Positions 15,833 to 25,130 of a DNA stretch of 31,663 nt are shown in pieces. The notes under the pieces were generated by a model. It made no database searches and had not been told where the DNA came from. It worked only from the letters and a program-made list of their open reading frames with translations. Location: positions 1 through 31,663 of IMG/VR virus record IMGVR_UViG_3300027863_000119. The stretch is one strand, 5' to 3'. Every line of letters starts with the position of its first letter. Positions within the stretch are counted from its first letter, which is position 1. The position numbers were made by a program, and so were the translations under genes. This DNA comes from a virus. Lineage: Duplodnaviria; Caudoviricetes.

Positions 15833-17221
15833 ATGAAAAATAAAGAAGTGCATTCCATAATAATTAAATCAGAAAACAATACTAATCCTTACTTTGATTT
15901 AATGAAGCCGATAGAAAAGGAATCTAAACAAATTAAAAATGATAACTATGCTATTGAAATAGCTCCTCCCTACCCTTTTTATCAACTTGTTAATTTGTTT
16001 AAGATGAACACATACCATGCGCGTTGTTGCAGAGTGAAAGCAGCTCTAACATGCATCTTAGGTTATCAATTAATCACTGATGATTTAGACAAAAAACCAG
16101 ATGATATACATAAAAAAATAACTCAATGGCTCAATAATCATTCTCAATACACAGCACAACCATTATTAACAACTTTATACAATTTTTGTTTAGACTATGA
16201 ACTCTTTGGTAATGCTTCATTCGAAATAGTGCGAAATAAAAAAGGTGATATTGCAGAATTTTATCATATACCAATGAAAAACTGTTCACTCAAAAAAGAA
16301 AAATACCAAGGAGATTATATAATAAATCTCGTTCAAAAAATAGGCTCTAATACAGTAACATTTGTTCAATTTGGCAAGAAAAAAGACAGCAACAATAATG
16401 AATACCTAATGCTAAAAAATTATTCACCTGAAAGTGATTACTATGGTGTTCCTGAATATATGCCCGCACTTGCTGCAATGGTATTGGATGCATCAGCTAA
16501 TAAATTTAATATTAAGAGGTTTGATAATAATATGCTAATAGAAACAGTAATCACAGTAATAGGTGCTGCTTTTGGTAATAAGACTGAAAAAGATATAAGA
16601 AATTTTTTCAGCAATAATTTTAAGGGACTTGATAATGTTGGGAAATCATTATTATTACAAATTCCTGATGCAACACAAAACGAAGTAAGTGTAAAAATTG
16701 ATAAGATAGCAAGTGAAATTAAAGAAGCAAGTTTCAGAGCATTAAGACAGGATAACAAAGAAGAAGTAATCGCAGCACATGGTGTGCCGCCAAGACTGGT
16801 CGGAATAATGACAGCTTCCCAACTTGGTGGTGCAGGAGAAATGAAAGAACAAATGAGAATGTTTCGAGACATTACAATAAAACCCAGACAAATGATGCTC
16901 GAATTTGTTATGAATCAAATAATACTTAAAAATGCATTCCCTGATAACAACAAATGGAAAATACAATTTGAAACATTCGATATATCTGACGCTTCTGATG
17001 ATGCAGATTATTATTATAAAATTATGTCAATTGTTGATGAATATGGTCGTAAACCTCTTACTTCTGACGAGATTCGAGAAGAGCAAGGTTATCCACCTCG
17101 TAATGATAAACCTATTGATAATAATATAAGCAAAGAAGAAATAATTAAAGCTGCTGAAGGTGGTGAATTCTTAGCAGCATTAATTCAATTAAGAGATGCA
17201 ATTAAAAAGAGTATGTTATGA
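15833..17221 (+). CDS. Portal protein, PBSX-like
   Basis: FGNASFEIVRN, DYYGVPEY, AAHGVPPRLVGI, DEIREEQGYPP; follows TerL. Confidence 0.92.
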   Translation: MKNKEVHSIIIKSENNTNPYFDLMKPIEKESKQIKNDNYAIEIAPPYPFYQLVNLFKMNTYHARCCRVKAALTCILGYQLITDDLDKKPDDIHKKITQWLNNHSQYTAQPLLTTLYNFCLDYELFGNASFEIVRNKKGDIAEFYHIPMKNCSLKKEKYQGDYIINLVQKIGSNTVTFVQFGKKKDSNNNEYLMLKNYSPESDYYGVPEYMPALAAMVLDASANKFNIKRFDNNMLIETVITVIGAAFGNKTEKDIRNFFSNNFKGLDNVGKSLLLQIPDATQNEVSVKIDKIASEIKEASFRALRQDNKEEVIAAHGVPPRLVGIMTASQLGGAGEMKEQMRMFRDITIKPRQMMLEFVMNQIILKNAFPDNNKWKIQFETFDISDASDDADYYYKIMSIVDEYGRKPLTSDEIREEQGYPPRNDKPIDNNISKEEIIKAAEGGEFLAALIQLRDAIKKSML

Positions 17222-18513
17222 AGAAGCAACGAGCAATAGAAATAATTAACGAAATAATTTGTATTATTCTTAAAATTGACAAATATGAGCGATTAGTTGA
17301 TAAATTAAAAAAAATTATGAGTGAAACTTTTTTTGAGAATCAGCAAACTGCGATAGAAGAAGCAATACAAGATTTTATTAATACAGAAGGATTAATAACG
17401 GATAAAGATAAAACAGAATTACTTGAGATACTTGAACGCAGATTAGGTACAAATATAGCTACATTACTCGAAGCAAAGATGAATGAAATAAGACGTGAGA
17501 CATATAGTTTGGGTTTATCCGAAATTAATATAGAATATGGTTTTAATCGTATTTCAAAAGAAACATTAAATTGGCTTGAACAAAATCATTCTTATTGGAT
17601 TGGTAATTTTTATAAAGAACAAATTGCTGATAGATTAGGTAAAGACTTAGATGATATTTTTGATAGAATATTAAAAGAAGGTATGAGTAGAGAAGCTGCA
17701 GGTAGATATTTGAAAGAAATGTTAAAGGATAGATTTGGGAAACCTGGTTTTAAAGGAACAATATTGAATTATTATGAAGGATTTGCTAATCATGTAATTA
17801 CGCAAACAAGAGAATTTGCTCATATCGATGCATACGAACGTGCTGGAATTGAATATGTAAAAATACAAGCTGTGCTTGATTCAAGGACATCACTTATATG
17901 TAGAGAATTAAATGGTCGAGTGATAGCAGTTTCTAAACTTAAACAACAAAGAGACAAAATTCTTAATTCTAAATCTCCTGAAGAAGCTAAAAAATATTCA
18001 AAGTGGTTAACTCAAAAGGAAATCATGAGATTAGTTTATCAAAAAGCTACTGAAGAATTACCAGATGAAATCGGATTACCTCCATATCATTTCCATTGCA
18101 GAACTACTACTGTTATGGCTTATCAAGAAGAAATAGAACGAGACTTACTTAAAGCAAAATCATATCAACAATTTGAAAATATCCTCAAATCAAAAGTTGA
18201 TAATTACGAACAATTAAGTAAAGCTGAAATCTCAAGATTAAAAACAATTGCTCTTAATGCAAGTGCAGATAATGAATATATTTATGATATGATACGTAGT
18301 GCACAAAGTGATATTTATTTAATTCATATACGTGATAAACTGCAATCTTTGTTTGTTAAACAGCAAGATATTGCAATCTGGGATATAATTAATAATAAAT
18401 TAGTCTATACAGATGAAAAAATAAATGAATTGCTTAATAAAATAGAAGAAGATGGCGGGAAATATATGAAGTTGAAGAAAGCAAGAGGAATAAAGAAATG
18501 GATAAAATATTAA
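17218..18513 (+). CDS. MuF/SPP1 gp7-like minor head protein with C-terminal extension
   Basis: AVLDSRTSLICRELNG and PPYHFHCRTT motifs; ~130 aa beyond the MuF core. Confidence 0.88.
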   Translation: MKKQRAIEIINEIICIILKIDKYERLVDKLKKIMSETFFENQQTAIEEAIQDFINTEGLITDKDKTELLEILERRLGTNIATLLEAKMNEIRRETYSLGLSEINIEYGFNRISKETLNWLEQNHSYWIGNFYKEQIADRLGKDLDDIFDRILKEGMSREAAGRYLKEMLKDRFGKPGFKGTILNYYEGFANHVITQTREFAHIDAYERAGIEYVKIQAVLDSRTSLICRELNGRVIAVSKLKQQRDKILNSKSPEEAKKYSKWLTQKEIMRLVYQKATEELPDEIGLPPYHFHCRTTTVMAYQEEIERDLLKAKSYQQFENILKSKVDNYEQLSKAEISRLKTIALNASADNEYIYDMIRSAQSDIYLIHIRDKLQSLFVKQQDIAIWDIINNKLVYTDEKINELLNKIEEDGGKYMKLKKARGIKKWIKY

Positions 18514-18550
18514 TGCTTAATAACAAATTATATTAAATTGGCCAATCTCA

Positions 18551-18663
18551 ATTACACCTCAAAGTGTAATAAATTTAATCATTTCTTTTGATTATAGCTC
18601 AAAAACGCACTTTTCCATTACACTAAAAAGTGTAATGACTTTAATTTATCCTCGATTTACTTT
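18551..18663 (+). promoter_or_regulatory. Late promoter 2: paired ATTACAC-N6-GTGTAAT boxes and -10-like element
   Basis: Boxes at 18551-18570 and 18617-18636 (66 bp apart); TACTTT at 18658-18663, same offset as in promoter 1. Confidence 0.75.
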
Positions 18664-18688
18664 TATATCAACAAAAATAATTGATAAC

Positions 18689-20044
18689 ATGAAACCAAAA
18701 AGAATATTAAAAGAAATTGATGTAGAATTTATATCGCTCGTTCATAAGGGCGCAAATCGCAAAACAATCATTTATAAATCTGATAATTATCATGACAATC
18801 CGCTTTTTTCTAAAGTTGTAGAAATTAAAAAAGTAGATGATGATAAAAGACTAGTCTATGCTATTGTTTATAGTCCCGGCGAAGTTGATGCTCATGGTGA
18901 TATTACAGATGCACAAACAATTGAACGAGCAGCATACAATTTTATGAAAAAAGGTATTACTAAGAATGTTGATAAGGGGCATGATTATAAAGCTGATGAA
19001 GGATTTGTTGCAGAAAGCTGGATAACTAAAGAAAACGATTCTCTTTTCCATGATGACCCGGTTGGTTCATGGGCTGTTGGTATTAAAGTAGAAAATGAGG
19101 ATACATGGCAGGAGATAAAAAAAGGCGAAATAAGTGGTGTAAGTTTAGCAGGAATAGCTAAGGTAGAAATAATTGAAAAATCAGTCACACAATTAAATAA
19201 TAGTGCAGTTAAACATGCTTCTAATTTAATTAAACGAGGGAATATTATTGATTCAAATAAATGGTCACCACCATCAGCTTCAACAGAAAATCGTTATATC
19301 AAAGATAACGGTATTGAAGATTTTGCAAAATGGCATTTGGGTATTGACCCTGACAAAGATAAAGATACTAAAGGTGCATACGGTTATATCTATACATCTG
19401 ATTTTGAAAATGTAGATAGAGCAGGTTTGGTAGCAATAAGACAACGAGCAGGTCAACAGGGGGCAGAAGAAATATTTAATGCTGCAGGGAAATTAATTGA
19501 ACAAATAGATAAAAAATTGGAGAAAGCGGATATGAGTAAAACATTTAAATCAGCATTTAATGATTTAGTCGAACTTTTGAAAAATATTATTGGATTGAAT
19601 AAAGATTTTAATGATGAACTTAATAATCAAGTAAAGCAAAGAATATTTGAAACGCATTTAGCTGCATTATCAAATGCAAATTGGAATGTTATGCAGGATG
19701 ATAATATAATAGACAAAAAGGCAGCATTAATTGAAAATGCGAAGCAATTCATCTCTGCAATTGAAAATATAGATATAAGCAAATCAATATCCACTAATAA
19801 AAATGAGGTTGAAATGACAGCTGAAGAACTCAAAAAAACAATTGATGAAGCCTTAAAACCAATTAATGATAAAATTGATGCTTTAGAAAAGGCTTCAAAA
19901 GAAAAAATAGAGTCTCTTGAACAAATTAACAAAGAACTTAACGAGAGGCTTGAAAAAGTAGAAAAATCGACTCCGGGCAGTCAGCAACATAAAGAAGAAC
20001 CTGTTAAGAAAGAAAAGCAAGCTCATATAAGCTGGTTATCTTAA
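18689..20044 (+). CDS. XkdF-like prohead protease fused to an inserted domain and a coiled-coil scaffold
   Basis: FISLVHKGAN, RLVYAIVYSPGEVDAHGD, VDKGH, FVAESW, GSWAVGIKV, WQEIKKGEISGVSLAG; C-terminal coiled coil. Start moved from 18635 (inside the operator box) to ATG 18689. Confidence 0.85.
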   Translation: MKPKRILKEIDVEFISLVHKGANRKTIIYKSDNYHDNPLFSKVVEIKKVDDDKRLVYAIVYSPGEVDAHGDITDAQTIERAAYNFMKKGITKNVDKGHDYKADEGFVAESWITKENDSLFHDDPVGSWAVGIKVENEDTWQEIKKGEISGVSLAGIAKVEIIEKSVTQLNNSAVKHASNLIKRGNIIDSNKWSPPSASTENRYIKDNGIEDFAKWHLGIDPDKDKDTKGAYGYIYTSDFENVDRAGLVAIRQRAGQQGAEEIFNAAGKLIEQIDKKLEKADMSKTFKSAFNDLVELLKNIIGLNKDFNDELNNQVKQRIFETHLAALSNANWNVMQDDNIIDKKAALIENAKQFISAIENIDISKSISTNKNEVEMTAEELKKTIDEALKPINDKIDALEKASKEKIESLEQINKELNERLEKVEKSTPGSQQHKEEPVKKEKQAHISWLS

Positions 20045-20072
20045 AGTTTATTAACTAAATGGGGAAATAAAA

Positions 20073-20993
20073 ATGAACGAACAAGAACTCTTAGCATTAC
20101 TTGAAAAAGCAGGTATAACAACTGCTAATACTCAGGGATTACTCAACACAGAACAATCTAATGCATTTATTGATACTGTTATTGACCAATCGAATTTCTT
20201 AAAAACTATACGTGTTGAAAAAAATATCGGTCGTGCAAGAGACCTGGACAATATTGGTCTAGGCAGCAGATTATTGCATAAACCAGTTGAGAATGAAGAA
20301 CCGAGCGATGATAAAATTCGTGGCATTCTTACTGGTAAAAGAACATTAACTCCAGAAGAGATTATGTTGCCAATAAACATCTCTTTAAGATGGCTTGAAG
20401 AAAATATTGAGAAAGAAGCTGTTGAAAACACAATAACACAAATGGCAGCTAAACAAGTTGGTAATGACTTAGTAGATGCTTTATTTAACTGTGATACGGC
20501 AACTAATCCTGCTGATCCAGATTATGTCTTTTTAAGCATGAATGATGGAATAATTAAATTACTTGATTCAGACCCAAATAAACAATATTACTCTCGTGGA
20601 AGTAATACTGATTGGAAAGGTACTGTATTCCCTTCTGTTCTTGATGTTTTACCTGATAAATATCAAGACGAGCAAGATCTTGTATTTCTTGTAAGCAGAA
20701 GAGTAGATAGTGAATATAGAAGACAACTTGCAGATCGTGTTACAGCATTGGGAGATAATTATCTTATTGAAAAGCCTAATGCTACTTTTGAAGGTATTCC
20801 ATTGATTAGAATTCCTAAACTGCCTTATGGAACAGTCATATTAACTTCTCTTTCAAATCTTGCAATCGGCTTTGGTAGAGAAATTAGTTATTACAGAGAA
20901 TTTAAACCTCGTGCTAGACGAGTTGAAATTACAATGACTGCTAAAGTGGACTTCAATTATGTTTTAACTGAAAAAATTGCTTATTGCAAATAA
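20073..20993 (+). CDS. Major capsid protein (HK97 fold, XkdG-like)
   Basis: GLLNTEQSNAFID, ISLRWLEENIE, NDGIIK, LPDKY motifs; size, position and downstream terminator. Confidence 0.9.
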   Translation: MNEQELLALLEKAGITTANTQGLLNTEQSNAFIDTVIDQSNFLKTIRVEKNIGRARDLDNIGLGSRLLHKPVENEEPSDDKIRGILTGKRTLTPEEIMLPINISLRWLEENIEKEAVENTITQMAAKQVGNDLVDALFNCDTATNPADPDYVFLSMNDGIIKLLDSDPNKQYYSRGSNTDWKGTVFPSVLDVLPDKYQDEQDLVFLVSRRVDSEYRRQLADRVTALGDNYLIEKPNATFEGIPLIRIPKLPYGTVILTSLSNLAIGFGREISYYREFKPRARRVEITMTAKVDFNYVLTEKIAYCK

Positions 20994-21002
20994 TTAATTA
21001 AT

Positions 21003-21024
21003 GGGCGGATTACCGCCCTATTTT
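21003..21024 (+). terminator. Intrinsic terminator/attenuator after major capsid gene
   Basis: GGGCGG-ATTA-CCGCCC followed by TATTTT. Confidence 0.75.
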
Positions 21025-21041
21025 AAAAGGAGGAATCAATT

Positions 21042-21236
21042 ATGAAAAAAGTATTAACTAAAGCAAGTAAATACTTAAGTCCAAAAGGACATTATTTTGA
21101 AAAAGGTCAAGTTTATGAACTTAATAAAGAGCAATGGGATAGTATTCCGGATAATGATAAAAGCTTTTTTGAAGATTACATAGAAGCTAAGACTCCTGAA
21201 GAAACCGAAAAGAAACAAAAAGAAAAGGAAAAATAA
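21042..21236 (+). CDS. Small head-associated protein
   Basis: AGGAGG SD; FEKGQVYEL motif and Lys/Glu-rich tail, typical of genes just after capsid genes. Confidence 0.7.
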   Translation: MKKVLTKASKYLSPKGHYFEKGQVYELNKEQWDSIPDNDKSFFEDYIEAKTPEETEKKQKEKEK

Positions 21237-21237
21237 T

Positions 21238-21657
21238 ATGAAAAAAAATATTGTACTATTAATATTAATATTGTTAATAATTAACATTGTGAATTATGCA
21301 CAAGTAGAATTTCCAAAAGATTGGAAAGGAAATTACTTCGCAGCTACCCTATATACAATAACAAATGCATCTGCTGCAGATACATCAGAGACGCTATTAG
21401 TTCCATTCGAAGTTAAACAAGCTATATTCTATTTGAATGTAAGTTCAGTATCAACTGCTGACACTTTAAAAAACATGATTATTCAAGGTTCGCCTGATGG
21501 TATAAATTGGTACACAGTAACAACTTTCGCTAATAAAACGAGTGCAGGTGGTGAAAGAGTAGTAGCAACATTGATTGATAGGTATGTAAGATTCATATAT
21601 CAAATTGCAGGAACTGATCCTGCTATAAGTTTTAATGTAAAAGTAACTCCAAAATAA
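21238..21657 (+). CDS. Beta-sandwich head decoration-like protein with N-terminal Sec signal peptide
   Basis: MKKNIVLLILILLIINIVNYA|Q; beta-rich body with IQGSPDGINWY and RYVRFIY motifs; between capsid and head-tail adaptor genes. Confidence 0.65.
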   Translation: MKKNIVLLILILLIINIVNYAQVEFPKDWKGNYFAATLYTITNASAADTSETLLVPFEVKQAIFYLNVSSVSTADTLKNMIIQGSPDGINWYTVTTFANKTSAGGERVVATLIDRYVRFIYQIAGTDPAISFNVKVTPK

Positions 21658-21666
21658 TAAGACAAA

Positions 21667-22125
21667 ATGAATGGATTTATTAAATCTATCGATGAAATAA
21701 TTAACGAAGGTAATCTTGGCACTCAAATAAATTCAGAGCAGATTTATCCTCATGTTATTACAGCAGAAATTGAGCTTAAAAGATTACTCGGAGATAATTA
21801 TAATATTTATAGCGGATATGAAAATTCTACGAACGATAATGAGAAACTAATATACGAAGAGATTCAGAAAGCAGCATATAATCTTGCATTAAGTTATGCA
21901 GTTCATGCATTGAATATTGAAACTCAAGGGTCAGGGATTATACGTTCTAAAGGATTTGATGTAAGCAGAAGTGAGTTACTATCACGAGAAGAAATAAAAG
22001 ATTTAAGTGAACATTTCAGAAGTATAGCAATGAAATTACTTGAACCATATTTACCTCGATTGGTCAATGATGAAGACATACAGGACCAAATCAATTTAAG
22101 TAATTTAGATATGAGTGTAATATGA
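21667..22125 (+). CDS. Head-tail adaptor (putative)
   Basis: Helical pattern AEIELKRLLG...KAAYNLALSYA...AMKLLEPYL; synteny. Confidence 0.6.
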   Translation: MNGFIKSIDEIINEGNLGTQINSEQIYPHVITAEIELKRLLGDNYNIYSGYENSTNDNEKLIYEEIQKAAYNLALSYAVHALNIETQGSGIIRSKGFDVSRSELLSREEIKDLSEHFRSIAMKLLEPYLPRLVNDEDIQDQINLSNLDMSVI

Positions 22126-22619
22126 ATAATAAAGAAAAATTATTTAACGAAATAAAAGAAGAAATAATGAATAATCTGGAAAGATTTGGTGAAAAAATTA
22201 AACAGCTTCTAATTAGACAAGTTAAAGAAACACTTGAATCAGAAAAAAAAGTTGTAACAGGCAATTTATTAAAAAGCATAGACGGTGAAGTAATGAGAAT
22301 ACAAACTGGAATATTAATTCAGATATTTAGTGGGACAGGATATGCATTTTATGTGCATGAAGGGACAAAACCACATTTCCCTCCCGTCTATGCTTTACGT
22401 GATTGGGTGAGATTAAAAGGTTTAGCTTATCGTAATTCTGGTAAGGAAATTCTAAACTATAAATCAATGAATGATTATTGGATAATAAATAATATAGCTT
22501 ATGCAATCGCTTGGAAGATTTATAGACATGGTACACAAGGGTTAAAATTTTTTGATTTAGCATTAAAGCAAGCAGAACCAAAAATAAATGAGATGATTAA
22601 TAATTTTAAAATCACATGA
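22122..22619 (+). CDS. HK97 gp10-like neck/tail completion protein
   Basis: TGNLLKSI, YAFYVHEGTKPHFPP, IAWKIYRHGT, FFDLAL. Confidence 0.8.
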   Translation: MNNKEKLFNEIKEEIMNNLERFGEKIKQLLIRQVKETLESEKKVVTGNLLKSIDGEVMRIQTGILIQIFSGTGYAFYVHEGTKPHFPPVYALRDWVRLKGLAYRNSGKEILNYKSMNDYWIINNIAYAIAWKIYRHGTQGLKFFDLALKQAEPKINEMINNFKIT

Positions 22620-23029
22620 ATGGAATAGAATTAATTGAATTTATTAAGCAACAATTAAAAGCAAATTCAGAATTACATAAAGTTAATATAATCTCTGATC
22701 CGTATGATAAAATTGAAGAATTGGTCCCTTGCATTTTAATTGATTATGGCAGAAGTAGATTAAAAACAGCAAGTAAAGGTGAAATAATTGGTTATTATCA
22801 TTCACTCGATTTTTATTGTATAGTTTCAGCACAGAATAAAAAACACGAGACTTATAAAAAAGAAGCTATAGTACTTGCAGAAAAATTTATTAGAGCATTT
22901 AATTTAATTAATAGTTCTGAAATGCGAGTAGTACAAAAAGAAGATAGTTTTGAGCCACAGGAATTGATGGTAGGTTCACTTAAATGCAGTGCAATATTAA
23001 TTAATAAAGAAATTGAAACAAGAATATAA
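22616..23029 (+). CDS. Tail terminator (putative)
   Basis: Size, PCILID motif, position directly before tail tube. Confidence 0.55.
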   Translation: MNGIELIEFIKQQLKANSELHKVNIISDPYDKIEELVPCILIDYGRSRLKTASKGEIIGYYHSLDFYCIVSAQNKKHETYKKEAIVLAEKFIRAFNLINSSEMRVVQKEDSFEPQELMVGSLKCSAILINKEIETRI

Positions 23030-23038
23030 GAGGTTAAT

Positions 23039-23968
23039 ATGGGAGCACAATCAGGTTTTGCACAAATTGCTATAATGCAAGCTGGAACATTAAATACAAC
23101 ACCTGTAGGTGTCGTTGTATTAGGTATTACACAAAATGAAAATCTACAAACATCACGTCATAGAGGAATACGAATTGATTATCTGGATTATGAACTCCCT
23201 AACTATGAAAATTTGATGTTATCAGCTGCAACAGTCCAAGGCAATCTTTATATGTTCGATAAATTAGTCAGTTATCGTGGGGGTAATTGTGATATACAGA
23301 TAATAACTGGTGAAGGAAAAGTATTTAAATTCTTGGCAGCAAGTAATCCTTTAGGGATAGAACCAAAACTAGCATATAGTAAAGATTCAAGATTAATTAC
23401 AGTAGATATAGAAGGGGCATTCCCTCGTGATGTTTGGACTTCAATATTAAATGCAGCAACATCTAATACAGCAGTAGATTTAGGATTTAATCCAGTTTCA
23501 GGTAAGGATTTTACAAAACAAAGATTAGCTTATCCAAAAGCTACTGAATCTCCTATTGGAACTGCAATAAATGGTTCTATCATAGAAAGAACTATTACAA
23601 TTGAACCTAAACGTAAAGCTAAAACTATAAATAATATTTCACTATACGATAAATTAACAGCTACAATAACACTTCAGATTGAAGATATAACACTTGCTGA
23701 TTATATAATACAAAGAAATAAAGGAACTTCCCCTTCTCTACTATTTAAGGAAGGTAACTCAGAAACTACTTATGATGCATTCAGTTTTGCAGAAGGTGTT
23801 TTAGTTCAAGATTGTAATATCAATGTAACTGGCGAGAAAGCACAGATGGATATTATATATAAAGGAGCTTTTAACATTAGCAAAATGACTTTATTATCAG
23901 GAACAAATAATGGTGGTTCAGCAGCAGATGGTGGAATATCTGGAGGTACATTACAAATAGCAGCTTAA
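23039..23968 (+). CDS. Major tail tube protein (putative)
   Basis: GAGGT SD; Gly/Thr/Ala-rich beta composition; synteny after terminator-like gene. Confidence 0.6.
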   Translation: MGAQSGFAQIAIMQAGTLNTTPVGVVVLGITQNENLQTSRHRGIRIDYLDYELPNYENLMLSAATVQGNLYMFDKLVSYRGGNCDIQIITGEGKVFKFLAASNPLGIEPKLAYSKDSRLITVDIEGAFPRDVWTSILNAATSNTAVDLGFNPVSGKDFTKQRLAYPKATESPIGTAINGSIIERTITIEPKRKAKTINNISLYDKLTATITLQIEDITLADYIIQRNKGTSPSLLFKEGNSETTYDAFSFAEGVLVQDCNINVTGEKAQMDIIYKGAFNISKMTLLSGTNNGGSAADGGISGGTLQIAA

Positions 23969-23975
23969 TTAGGAG

Positions 23976-24422
23976 GTGGAAATGGACAATAAACTTTCAA
24001 ATAATTTTACACTTAATGAACTAATAAAAAGTGAAACTGCAATAAGATTAGGCATAGATAATACTCCAACTGACGAAATTATAATAAATCTTAAAAATTT
24101 AGCTCAGTATGTTCTACAACCAATAAGAGATCATATTGGTATACCAATAAAAATAAATTCAGGTTACCGTTGCGAAAAATTAAATAAAGTAGTTGGGGGT
24201 AAGCCAAATTCACAACATTTGCGTGGTGAGGCAGCTGATATTGTTCCTTTCAAAGATCTATCAGTGAAAGAACTTTTTGATGAAATCAAAAAAATGGTAG
24301 AAGATGGGAAATTGGTAGTAGATCAATGCATTCATGAAATGTCTCACGAGGTTGATTGGGTGCATGTAAGCTATACAACAAAAAGAAATAATAGAAATAT
24401 GTTTATAACTCTTAATGTATAA
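23976..24422 (+). CDS. Endolysin, peptidase M15 family
   Basis: LSNNFTLNEL, NSGYRC, SQHLRGEAADI, WVHVSY; AGGAGG SD favours ATG 23982. Confidence 0.92.
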   Translation: MEMDNKLSNNFTLNELIKSETAIRLGIDNTPTDEIIINLKNLAQYVLQPIRDHIGIPIKINSGYRCEKLNKVVGGKPNSQHLRGEAADIVPFKDLSVKELFDEIKKMVEDGKLVVDQCIHEMSHEVDWVHVSYTTKRNNRNMFITLNV

Positions 24423-24424
24423 AT

Positions 24425-24889
24425 ATGAGCAAACGTATAGAAATCAAAATAGATGATGCAAAACCGAAAGGTTATGAACTATTACAAAACAATTTAAAGG
24501 CAAAAGCAATGGAACAGAAATTAATATTAGTAACTGCAGGTGAAAAACCAAATGTTGAGCTTGGAATTGATGAAGTCAAAAAAATCATCAAAGCAATCAA
24601 AGAAATAGAAGAAGCTCGAGCAATTGTAATGGCAGATGGTAAAGTTACAATTTCAGATTTTATCTCACATCCTGTTGAAGTTATATGGGAGCCAGCAAAA
24701 GCAATCTATGAAGTAATTAAAACTAAAGATTTAATTGCGCAAGAAATATTGAGAATTGATGAAAATGAAGCTAATGAATTAATTAAAACTGTTGCGGAAG
24801 AATTTAATATGCTGCCAGAAAATGTTACAGTAAAAATTGGGCATATAATTAAAGCAGCATGGCATATAGGTGAAATATTTAAGAATTAA
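24425..24889 (+). CDS. Helical hypothetical protein in lysis cassette
   Basis: Amphipathic helices, ADGKVTISDF and IDENEANEL motifs; 2 bp after endolysin. Confidence 0.7.
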   Translation: MSKRIEIKIDDAKPKGYELLQNNLKAKAMEQKLILVTAGEKPNVELGIDEVKKIIKAIKEIEEARAIVMADGKVTISDFISHPVEVIWEPAKAIYEVIKTKDLIAQEILRIDENEANELIKTVAEEFNMLPENVTVKIGHIIKAAWHIGEIFKN

Positions 24890-25130
24890 GGAGTCTATTG
24901 TGAATATAATTGATAAAATTGTCCGCGCCTCCTTCTGTACCTGGGAATGGCTATCAGGCAAAAAACGCAGGATAGCCATTCTTTCGAGTGCAGTCATGCA
25001 ACTTACTAAGGAACATACTCTTACACATCAAATTGCATCTGTATGTTTCTGGTTATTTGGCGGAGCAGATGTTGCACAAAATGGTTCTAAAATTCTTAAA
25101 GATAAATTACCATTAGGGATAAAAAAATGA
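24870..25130 (+). CDS. Small holin-like membrane-associated protein (start may be GTG 24900)
   Basis: WLSGKKRRIAIL plus moderately hydrophobic helices; AAGGAG upstream of 24900. Confidence 0.5.
   Translation: MKYLRIKESIVNIIDKIVRASFCTWEWLSGKKRRIAILSSAVMQLTKEHTLTHQIASVCFWLFGGADVAQNGSKILKDKLPLGIKK

Noticed and set aside
18635-18688. Track start codon 18635 for the protease gene
   Set aside because: This ATG lies within the palindromic box and upstream of the predicted -10; ATG 18689 fits better
22115-22121. Additional GTGTAAT half sites (also near 2805 and 26344)
   Set aside because: No matching ATTACAC arm 6 bp upstream; expected by chance in AT-rich DNA
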